A stretch of 64,000 nucleotides of DNA from Dehalococcoidia bacterium. Its GTDB lineage: Bacteria > Chloroflexota > Dehalococcoidia > Lucifugimonadales > UBA3495. The position numbers and the translations under genes are program-made. The DNA is taken from the NCBI GenBank assembly GCA_965243185.1, contig OZ251531.1, forward strand, positions 2,534,532-2,598,531, written 5' to 3'. The first letter of the stretch is position 1. Each line of letters opens with the position of its first letter. The notes under the pieces are model-generated. The model was not told the origin of the DNA. It did not search any database and worked only from the letters and a program-made list of their open reading frames with translations. Positions 1 to 7,126 of the stretch are shown here, piece by piece.

Positions 1-295
1 GATGGCGCAGTAGATGGTTTTGCCGCGGTTGGCGGCGAGGGATTCGAGGATCATCGAGACGCGGGCGTCATCGGCATCGGCAACGGCGGGGGATTCTTGC
101 CAGTCGGAGCAGTCCCAAGGGATGGAACGGGGGGCGGCTTGGGCGACGTCTACATAGAACAAGTGTTCTGGGGGGGGGTAGTACGGAATTGGAGCGGGTG
201 AGGGCGGGTTCGGCGGGGCCGCTGGAGTGGGTGAAGGCGGCGGCGATGACCAGGAGTCCGACCAGGGCCAAGGCGGATACGAGGGCGCGAAACAT
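1..295 (-). CDS. Secreted Cys-containing protein family, paralog 1 (5' part, continues off the left edge). The signal-peptide ORF and the mature-domain frame are offset by +1 at a C9 run.
   Basis: An ATG at 295 follows an AAGGA RBS and encodes MFRALVSALALVGLLVIAAAF (signal peptide). After the C9 run (plus-strand G9, 170-178), the +1 frame reads FYVDVAQAAPRSIPWDCSDWQESPAVADADDARVSMILESLAANRGKTIYCAI. This is homologous to the proteins at 30108-30911 and 60382-61398. Confidence 0.55.
156..169. promoter_or_regulatory. Perfect AGAAC-N4-GTTCT palindrome abutting the homopolymer. It could be a Cheo/SOS-box-like site or a 5-bp mRNA hairpin.
   Basis: The sequence agaacaagtgttct is read directly. The same motif class sits at 30101-30114 and, with one mismatch, upstream of lexA at 56621-56634. 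Confidence 0.3.
170..178. repeat. G9 (C9 on the coding strand) homopolymer inside paralog 1
   Basis: Counted directly: g at 170 plus gggggggg at 171-178. Confidence 0.95.
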
Positions 296-428
296 AGCGG
301 TTCATCCTTTGGGGTTGAGATTGGGGCGTAGGGTAAGGGATGAAGGGAGGTTTTGTCAAGGGTGAGGATTCTGGATTCCTGCTTTTGGGGGAAGGACGAT
401 TTCTATAGGTGATTGCCTTGGGGTTACG

Positions 429-458
429 GCGGGGGAACTTTTGTAAAAGTTCCCCCGC
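429..458. repeat. Family-C palindromic repeat (gcgggggaactttt-gt-aaaagttcccccgc)
   Basis: Arms of 14 bp. Near-identical copies lie at about 31123-31152 and 60123-60152, each next to a caaaagttttgaggg motif. Confidence 0.85.
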
Positions 459-495
459 GCCCCCTCAAAACTTTTGGATTGGTTATCCGTCCCCT

Positions 496-587
496 ATGTC
501 ATTCCGACCGAAGGGAGGAATCTAAAATGCCCGTCCTTGACTCCTTACCAGATTTTTAGATTCCTCGCTATCGCCTCGGAATGACAT
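496..587. repeat. Family-A MITE-like inverted-repeat element (atgtcattccga...ggaatctaaaa // ttttagattcc...tcggaatgacat)
   Basis: A 92-bp unit with matching terminal and subterminal inverted repeats. Half-copies occur at 29787-29825, 31021-31058, 59885-59950 and 60025-60060. Confidence 0.8.
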
Positions 588-629
588 GAGAAAGGGGTTG
601 GGGATTTGGGGAGTTTTTAAGGGCGGGGG

Positions 630-660
630 TTCTGGATTCCCACGTAAAGAGGGAATGACG
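630..660. repeat. Family-B repeat, right half (ttctggattccc-N8-gggaatgacg)
   Basis: Matches the right arm of the full element at 27021-27090 and the flank of the IS30 copies. Confidence 0.75.
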
Positions 661-708
661 GTGGGGAGGACGGTTTTTATAGGGGATGGGGCGGCGGAGC
701 AGGGTCTT

Positions 709-1365
709 TTAATTGTCAGCACTGGGGAAATCCAGGAGCTGCAAAGCATCCTCGGCCCGCCAGCCGTAATGCCGCAAAGCAGCGGCTATGTTGCTATGGC
801 CGGCTAAACGCAGCAAGCCGCTGACCAGGTTGCGTAAAGCCGCCAACACCGGCGGCGCCGCTCCGCTCCGGACCCGGCAGCGATCCTCGCCAAAAGTTAC
901 ATCCCGCACCCAATGCAGCCGGTTCGCAATGCCCCAATGCCCCCGCCACAATTCCAGCAGCCGCGCCGGGGCCGCCTGCTCCGGGGATAAACTGGTGATG
1001 GCGTAAGCCGTCTCCACCGTTGTTGTTCCCCGTTCCGTGCGGGTACGCTCCAGGCAGCAGACCTGCTGCAACCCGGGCCAATCCAAGTAATCCGTCAAGG
1101 CGGTGGAAGTCCGCAGCCACCGTTGCTCTTTACGCCCGCCGTGGCGGCTGGCTTGCCACGCCGCCGGGAAGGTTGCCCCAAAGGGCGGCTCCTTAAACAG
1201 CAGCTCCACCGCGTCCAAGGTAGTCGGCTGATTGCCCTTCAGCATCCAGAGATAATCCCCGCCTTGGGCTACGATGTCCCGGCTCAAGTCCCGTTGGGCA
1301 TACAGGGCGTCCCCGGTAACCACTTTCCCCGGCAAGTCCAATTCGGCCAGCAATTCCCGTCCCAC
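709..1365 (-). pseudogene. ISAs1-family transposase, C-terminal (DDE) portion
   Basis: LPGKVVTGDALYAQRDLSRDIVAQGGDYLWMLKGNQPTL and HWGIANRLHWVRDVTFGEDRCR are typical ISAs1 DDE-domain strings. This frame is +1 relative to the N-terminal ORF. Confidence 0.8.
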
Positions 1366-1372
1366 CCCCAGT

Positions 1373-1873
1373 TCACTGGATTTGGGCTGCCCCCTGACCC
1401 CCCTTTTGCCCGACCACCAAGCCGGCTGGCACGGCGTAGGCGGCTACCAACCGCACCCCGGGCAGTTCATCCCCGTGCAAGCCCCGCAGCGCCTTGCCGT
1501 CCACCGCCAGCGCCTTGCCGTCCACCGCCAGCACCTTGCCGTCCACCGCCAGCGCCGCCGCCCAGGCCGGCAAGGCCGCCAAGGCCCACTGGCTTAACGC
1601 CGCCTCAAAAGCCGCCACATCCAACCGCCGGAAAACATGATGCAAGGTCGCCACGCAAGGGGTCTGCTCCCGGGTAAAGCCCAAGGCTTGGGCCAACTCC
1701 GGGTGCTCCCGCCCCCACTGGGCCATAGCATACAGGCTGCGACCATCGCCCAGCATGGCGCACACCGCCAAAGCCAGAATGGCCGCCAAGGGATGCCGCC
1801 GCCCCCGGGCTTTACGGGGATCCGGAACTTGGGCCAAGACTTCCCGCAAGGACAACGCCAACTTTTCCGACAT
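1373..1873 (-). pseudogene. ISAs1-family transposase, N-terminal portion. It ends at a frameshift in a G6 run and contains a 3x 21-bp in-frame repeat.
   Basis: An ATG at 1873 follows a GGGAGG RBS. VPDPRKARGRRHPLAAILALAVCAMLGDGRSLYAMAQWG is the ISAs1 N-terminal domain. The expected continuation VRGQPKSSELGVGRELL is in the +1 frame after the run at 1398-1403. Confidence 0.8.
1490..1552. repeat. Tandem 21-bp repeat x3 inside the ISAs1 transposase gene
   Basis: cgccttgccgtccaccgccag occurs twice, then caccttgccgtccaccgccag. Together they encode AVDGK(V/A)L three times. Confidence 0.95.
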
Positions 1874-2050
1874 GGCGGCTACCTCCCTTTTTCCTAATGT
1901 CTCCCTTATTATCCCCCGTATCGGAAACAATTAAAAGACCCTGGGCGGCGGAGGGGGCGGGGTTGACTTGCCTGGGTTCTGCCTTTATGGTACATTGTCT
2001 GCAAAATTCAATCGTTGGACGCAAAGGCGTTGGCGGCAAAGGAGAGTTTG

Positions 2051-2236
2051 ATGGCCTATGTAACCCCTCGGGAGGGCGAGAGCCCGGAGAGTTTGGTCAA
2101 CCGATTTCGCGCTTCGGTGCAGCACGCCGGGGTTTTGCGGGAGCTGAAAGACCGGCGGTTTTTCCGCTCGAAGGCCCAGAAGGAGCGGCTGGCGGCGCAG
2201 CGGGCGGCGCGGCGGCGGCGGCGGCAGCGGCGGTAG
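2051..2236 (+). CDS. rpsU: 30S ribosomal protein S21
   Basis: An ATG at 2051 follows an AAAGGAGAG RBS. MAYVTPREGESPESLVNRFRASVQHAGVLRELKDRRFFRSKAQKERLAAQRAARRRRR fits the S21 pattern with a basic tail. Confidence 0.85.
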   Translation: MAYVTPREGESPESLVNRFRASVQHAGVLRELKDRRFFRSKAQKERLAAQRAARRRRRQRR

Positions 2237-2315
2237 GAGGGTCGTCCTGGTTTGCTTTTAACGGACTTCCCGCCGGCAACCAGGGCTATTGCATATACTT
2301 GGCGACTTACTTATC

Positions 2316-3424
2316 GTCATTTCCGTGAAAAGGGGGATCCAGAGTCCCCGGCCGTTCTGGATTCGCTAAATTCACAAAGGAAGGGCAACACTTTCTGGCG
2401 GAGGTGTTGCTATGGGAACTCGGTATCAACAGCTTACCTTGGCAGAGCGGTGTGAACTGGCCCGATTACAAGCCCAGGGCTGCTCCTACCGCCAAATCGC
2501 GGCAGCTCTGGATCGCGCGCCATCAACAATCACTCGGGAGGTGAAGCGTAACGGCAGCTCCCGGTAGCGGGGCTATCAGCCGGCTTATGCCGACCAGCAA
2601 GCCCGGGCTCGGCGATGGCAAGGCTCCAAGCTGGAACGGGATGCGGACTTGCGGGAGTGGGTGCTGGCCCGGCTCAAAGCCGGGTGGTCGCCGCAGCAGG
2701 TCTGCGGTCGCTTGAAACGGGAGACGGGCCGGACCATTTTGTCCCACGAGACCATCTATCGGTTCATCGATGCCCAAATCCGGCGGGGCAAGGCGTATGA
2801 CTGGCGGCATTACCTGCCCCAAGGCAAAACCCGCCGGGGGCGGAGCAAGCGGGGGCAGCCCGGCAGTCGGATTCCCTACCGGCAGGGGCTGGAAGCCCGG
2901 CCCCCAGCGGCGGCGACCCGGCAGACGCCGGGGCATTGGGCGGCGGACTTGATGCTGTTCAGCGCCTACGGGCAGGCCGCCCTGGTGCTGGCGGAACGCT
3001 ATTCCCGCTTGCTGGTGGCCTTGCGCCTGCCCCAAGTCAAGGCGTCCGAACCCATCGCCGCGGTCATCGGCCAGGTGCTGAATGGGCTGCCGGAAGAGTG
3101 GCGGCAGTCGGTGACCTTTGACAACGGGGCCGAGTTCGCCCGCCATCACCGGCTGCACGAGCCGGGAATTGCCACCTACTTTTGCGACACTCATTCGCCG
3201 TGGCAGAAGGGCGGGGTGGAGAATGCCATCGGGCGGTTGCGGCGGACGTTGCGGCGGCGGACGGATTTGGCGACTTTGCCGGAGGCGGCGATAATTGCGC
3301 GGGTGCGGGCGTACAATAACACGCCCCGGCAGTGTTTGGGGTATCAGACCCCGGCGGAAGTTTTTGCCCGGGAAGTGTTGCGCTTGAACTGTGAATGCTC
3401 ATTCCCACTTTCGGGGGAATGACG
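2316..3424 (+). mobile_element. IS30-family element, copy 1 (bounds include the family-B repeat halves that flank or terminate it)
   Basis: The transposase gene lies at 2412-3422. The left flank cgtcatttccgtgaaaa...ttctggattc and the right flank attcccactttcgggggaatgacg together reconstitute the solo element at 27021-27090. Confidence 0.75.
2412..3422 (+). pseudogene. IS30-family transposase with an in-frame TAG at codon 52
   Basis: MGTRYQQLTLAERCELARLQAQGCSYRQIAAALDRAPSTITREVKRNGSSR-stop(2565-2567)-RGYQPAYADQ... continues in the same frame to 3422. The intact paralog at 31196-32206 has CAG at that codon. Confidence 0.85.
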
Positions 3425-3588
3425 GGGGAAGGCAGGAATGACGGTTGCGATATGCGGCGGGGCGGCCGGGGGTGGGGTGACGCTGGGGGTTTGACAAGGT
3501 ATGTTGGGGGCGGGGATAATGCGGGGGCGGGGGGAATCGTTGAAGGCGGGGAAAGTTTTTGGGGAGATTTAGGTAAGGGGGTTTTGCG

Positions 3589-5427
3589 GTGGCAAAGAGG
3601 AAGGGCGTTGGCGGGCCTACGGCCGCGTTTAATGGGGTGAACCGGGGGGTGTATATCGCGGATAATTTGGATTTTCTGCGGGCGATTAACAGCGGGTCGG
3701 TGGATTTGGTGTGTATTGACCCGCCCTTTGCCAAGAATGATACTTTTACCGCCGATATGCTGAAGCCGGCTTTGACCGGGGCGGAAAAAGAGAATGAGAG
3801 GCGGCTGCTCGAGGGTCAGTGGGGGATTGCTACGCCGGAGCAGGCCGCCGCCGGGATTGCCTGGCCGGAGGACCCGAAAGCCCGGGGCGGTTATCGGGAT
3901 ACTTGGGATTGGGATATGGATGTTCACCCGGACTGGCAGACGGACTTGGAACACCATCATCCGGCGGTCAATAAGTTGATTGACACCACCCGGGACATTC
4001 AAGGGGATGACGTGGCCGCTTATCTGGCGTTTATGGCGATTCGGTTGGTGGAGATTCACCGGGTACTCAAGCCGACGGGCATTCTATTCCTGCACTGCGA
4101 CCATACGGCCGACGGTTACATACGGCAGCTGCTGGACGGGGTGTTTGGCAAGGATAATTTCAGGAATGCGATTGCGTGGAAACGGACTAACGCCCCGACG
4201 GCGTCAAAATACCAGTTCGGGTGCGTCCACGACACCATATTTGCCTACGCCAAGGGCGCGGCGGCGATTTTTAATCCGGTGTTTGTGCCGCATTCCCAAG
4301 AATACCTGGATAAATCCTATCGGCATAAGGATGAGCGGGGGACATTCCGGGCGTCGCCGCTGACGGCGCAGGGGGCGACACGGGGTTCGTCGGGGCAACC
4401 GTGGGGCGGGGTCGATGTGGCGGCCAAAGGGCTGCATTGGGTTGTTCCCCAAGCGATTCCGGATAATGTGGTAAAGCCGGCCAACTTTTCGCAAATGACG
4501 ACCCAAGAGAAATTGGGTTGGCTGGATAGGGAGGGGCTGATTTACTGGCCGCCGCGGGGGAAAGTGCCGGCGTTTAAGCGGTATTTGCATACCACGCCGG
4601 GGGCCAGGGGTTCTGACTTAATCGTGGACATTGCGGGGATACAAGGCTCCGCTTTGGAATTGACCGGCTATCCGACGCAGAAGCCGATTGCGCTGGCAGA
4701 GCGGATTATCCAAGCGGCGACGAAGCCGGGCGACATGGTGCTGGATTGCTTTGCGGGGTGCGCTTATGCGGCGGTGGCGGCGGAAAAGTTGGGTAGGCAG
4801 TGGGTAGCGTGCGATATTAACCCCCGGGCGTGGACGGTGTTTAAGCGGCAGTTTAACAAGGGCGGGGAGCTGCCCAAGTTGACCTGCAATGACCGGACTA
4901 CGGGGCAGCAGGTGATGGGGAGCGAGCCGACGGTTACGGTGCACGGGCCGGGGGAATTGCCCCGGCGGACTACGCCGCGCATAGTTGAAATCAAGCCGCT
5001 GCGGACGAACAACCGGCGGGCGGGCGGCGATGTGCCGGAGGGGAAACGGGAAAGGCCGCTGATGTCCAAGCCGGAAATCCTTAAAGAGCTGCTGGATTTC
5101 ACGGATGGCAAGGCTTATTGCTGCGGGTTTGAGAGCAAGAATGCGGACGGCAGTTATGCTTATGGGGATTATGAGCTGGATCATATTATCCCTAAAAGCG
5201 TGGGCGGGCCGGATGATATTACCAATCGTCAACCGCTTTGCCCGACGCATAACCAGCTGAAGCGGGATTTGGATTTGGACTTGAAGGAATTGCGGGCGCT
5301 GGTGGGGGAACGGCAGGAGTATAAGCCGGGCTGTAATTCCCGAACTTTGCCGCGCCCGGACCGCATCGCGGAATATGCCCGGGAGGTTTATATTAGGTAT
5401 TACCGGCTGCGGCGGGGGGAGGGGTAG
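3589..5427 (+). CDS. Beta-class (N4/N6) DNA methyltransferase fused to a C-terminal HNH nuclease domain
   Basis: The DPPF motif (VCIDPPFAKND) is N-terminal. The FxGxG motif I (VLDCFAGCAYAAVAAEKLGRQWVACDINP) comes later, giving the beta-class order. The C-terminus reads CCGF...YELDHIIPKSVGGPDDITNRQPLCPTHNQLK (HNH). Confidence 0.8.
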   Translation: MAKRKGVGGPTAAFNGVNRGVYIADNLDFLRAINSGSVDLVCIDPPFAKNDTFTADMLKPALTGAEKENERRLLEGQWGIATPEQAAAGIAWPEDPKARGGYRDTWDWDMDVHPDWQTDLEHHHPAVNKLIDTTRDIQGDDVAAYLAFMAIRLVEIHRVLKPTGILFLHCDHTADGYIRQLLDGVFGKDNFRNAIAWKRTNAPTASKYQFGCVHDTIFAYAKGAAAIFNPVFVPHSQEYLDKSYRHKDERGTFRASPLTAQGATRGSSGQPWGGVDVAAKGLHWVVPQAIPDNVVKPANFSQMTTQEKLGWLDREGLIYWPPRGKVPAFKRYLHTTPGARGSDLIVDIAGIQGSALELTGYPTQKPIALAERIIQAATKPGDMVLDCFAGCAYAAVAAEKLGRQWVACDINPRAWTVFKRQFNKGGELPKLTCNDRTTGQQVMGSEPTVTVHGPGELPRRTTPRIVEIKPLRTNNRRAGGDVPEGKRERPLMSKPEILKELLDFTDGKAYCCGFESKNADGSYAYGDYELDHIIPKSVGGPDDITNRQPLCPTHNQLKRDLDLDLKELRALVGERQEYKPGCNSRTLPRPDRIAEYAREVYIRYYRLRRGEG

Positions 5428-5458
5428 TTGCGGAGGTGGCGGGGTGGATGGGGGAGGG

Positions 5459-6256
5459 ATGATGTACGACGGCGGGGGTTATACCCTTTACAATGAGGAT
5501 TTTTTGGCCGGGGCCGGGCGGGTGGCCGACGGGGCGGTGGATTTGGTTATCGCTGACCCGCCGTATGGGTTAGGCAAGGATTACGGGAACGTTTCGGACA
5601 AGTTGCCGCCGGGGGAGTTTCTGGAGTGGACGGCGGCGTGGGTTGACGCCGTTCTGCCGAAGTTGAAGGAGACCGGCAGTCTCTACATTTTCACTACCTG
5701 GCGGTATTCCCCGGAGATTTTTGCTTTCCTGAAAACCCGGATGGTGATGGTGAACGAAATCATCTGGGATCGGAAGGTGCCAAGTATGGGCGGGACGCCC
5801 CGCCGCTTTTCGTCGGTACACGATACTATCGGCTTTTTTGCCAAGGCCGGGAATTACTATTTTGACTTGGATGCGGTGCGAATTCCTTATGACGCCGTTA
5901 CCAAGAAAGCCCGGACGCGGGAGCGGTTTGTGGGCAAGAAGTGGCTGGAAGTGGGCTGCAATCCCAAGGATGTTTGGCGGGTGTCGCGGCTGCATCGTCA
6001 GCATCGGGAGCGGGAGGCGCATCCGACGCAGAAGCCGTTGGAAATCATTGAGCGGATGGTCAAGTCGAGCTGCCCGGAGCAAGGGTTGGTGCTGGATCCG
6101 TTTGCCGGTTCCGGGACGACGGTTGCGGCGTGTGTTCAGAACGGGCGGCGGTGCGTGGCGTATGAAATCAGTTCGGAGTATTGCGAGCTGATTGAGCGGC
6201 GGATTGAACGGCTGCGGGGGCAGCCGCCATTGGAGAAGGGAGGGCGGCCGGGTTAG
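5459..6256 (+). CDS. Beta-class (N4/N6) DNA methyltransferase
   Basis: VIADPPYGLGKDYG (motif IV), HPTQKPLEIIERMV and VLDPFAGSGTTVAACVQNGRRCVAYEIS (motif I) are present. The start is 31 nt after the preceding methylase stop. An alternative ATG lies at 5462. Confidence 0.85.
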   Translation: MMYDGGGYTLYNEDFLAGAGRVADGAVDLVIADPPYGLGKDYGNVSDKLPPGEFLEWTAAWVDAVLPKLKETGSLYIFTTWRYSPEIFAFLKTRMVMVNEIIWDRKVPSMGGTPRRFSSVHDTIGFFAKAGNYYFDLDAVRIPYDAVTKKARTRERFVGKKWLEVGCNPKDVWRVSRLHRQHREREAHPTQKPLEIIERMVKSSCPEQGLVLDPFAGSGTTVAACVQNGRRCVAYEISSEYCELIERRIERLRGQPPLEKGGRPG

Positions 6257-6276
6257 AGGGGATAAGGCCGGGGCTA

Positions 6277-6285
6277 TGCTATAAT
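6277..6285 (+). promoter_or_regulatory. Extended -10 promoter element TGCTATAAT
   Basis: tgctataat is read directly, 84 nt upstream of the ATG at 6369. Confidence 0.4.
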
Positions 6286-6368
6286 TCGGAGCATACCGGG
6301 CTGTTGCTTTCCAATGGACAGCAGGGAGTTGACGGTTGAGACCGGCGGCTGGAGCAAGGAGGTTGAAA

Positions 6369-6617
6369 ATGGGGCAGTTGGATGGGGAGATTGCGACTTA
6401 TAACCGGATGCGGGAGGAGCTGGAGGCTAATCACCGCTGGGAGTGGGTGGTTATTCACGGGGAGGAGTTGGTGGGGATTTTCGAGGATTTTCAGGTGGCG
6501 GCCAAAACCGCCGTGAAACGGTTTGGGCGGGAGCCTTTTCTGCTGCGCCAAGTAGGCCGGGGACAACGGACTTTGCCGGCGTCGGTCTGGGGGCGGCGAG
6601 TTTATGTCCACGATTAG
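6369..6617 (+). CDS. Small DUF5678-like protein (partner of the retropepsin-like protease)
   Basis: An ATG follows an AAGGAGG RBS. HRWEWVVIHGEELVGIFEDFQVAAKTAVKRFGREPFLLRQVG fits the remembered DUF5678 pattern. It overlaps the downstream gene by 14 nt. Confidence 0.55.
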   Translation: MGQLDGEIATYNRMREELEANHRWEWVVIHGEELVGIFEDFQVAAKTAVKRFGREPFLLRQVGRGQRTLPASVWGRRVYVHD

Positions 6618-7062
6618 CGGCAGGTTCAGCGACCAGCCGGGATTTTCTGGGCAGGCGGCGTTAATTCGCTATGGCCCGACTATCTTGGTGGAAATTGGCT
6701 ATGACGCGGGCTTTGAGGACAGCGACCGGGAACGGCCGGATATACCGGATGATTTGCTGCCGGCGTTGGTGGATACGGGAGCATCGGATAGTTGTATTGA
6801 CGCCAGCTATGCGGATACGCTGGGCTTGCTGAAGTCTGACCAAGGCGATATTGCCGGCGTCGGCGGTGTAATTTCCGTTGACTATTACTTGGCGCAGATC
6901 TATGTGCCGGGGTTGAACCGCACGATTTACGGGCAGTTTGCCGGGGTGCGGCTGCAAGGCGGGGGACAGTCGCAGTACGCCATTATCGGGCGGGATTTCC
7001 TTCAGAACTACACGCTGCTTTATCAAGGCCGCAACGGCCGCGTTACTATCAGCAGCGATTAG
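6604..7062 (+). CDS. Retropepsin-like (clan AA) aspartic protease
   Basis: LPALVDTGASDSCID carries the DTGA active-site motif. IIGRDFLQNYTLLY is the C-terminal flap or dimer motif. Confidence 0.7.
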   Translation: MSTISGRFSDQPGFSGQAALIRYGPTILVEIGYDAGFEDSDRERPDIPDDLLPALVDTGASDSCIDASYADTLGLLKSDQGDIAGVGGVISVDYYLAQIYVPGLNRTIYGQFAGVRLQGGGQSQYAIIGRDFLQNYTLLYQGRNGRVTISSD

Positions 7063-7126
7063 GCGGGGGTTCTGGAGCGCAGCCGGGCGTCAATTTCTAT
7101 TTATGTCTTACTTGGCGGCGGCCGGG

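Larger units (their letters stand above)
700..1943 (-). mobile_element. ISAs1-family insertion sequence (1244 bp) with 17-bp perfect terminal IRs and a 10-bp target-site duplication
   Basis: The IR cagggtcttttaattgt at 700-716 pairs with acaattaaaagaccctg at 1927-1943. The flanking direct repeat ggcggcggag lies at 690-699 and 1944-1953. The internal ORFs are ISAs1-type transposase halves. Confidence 0.85.

Noticed and set aside
365-660. CRISPR array hypothesis for the clustered palindromic repeats (also 59885-60152)
   Set aside because: The repeats belong to three different families and are not regularly spaced by unique spacers. They are themselves inverted-repeat elements. No cas genes are present in the window.
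5375-5458. Upstream extension of the second methylase ORF, which overlaps the end of the first methylase
   Set aside because: The extension encodes Gly-rich filler (GCGGGRGSCGGGGVDGGG) with no methylase homology. The ATG at 5459/5462 just after a GGAGG-like stretch fits better.
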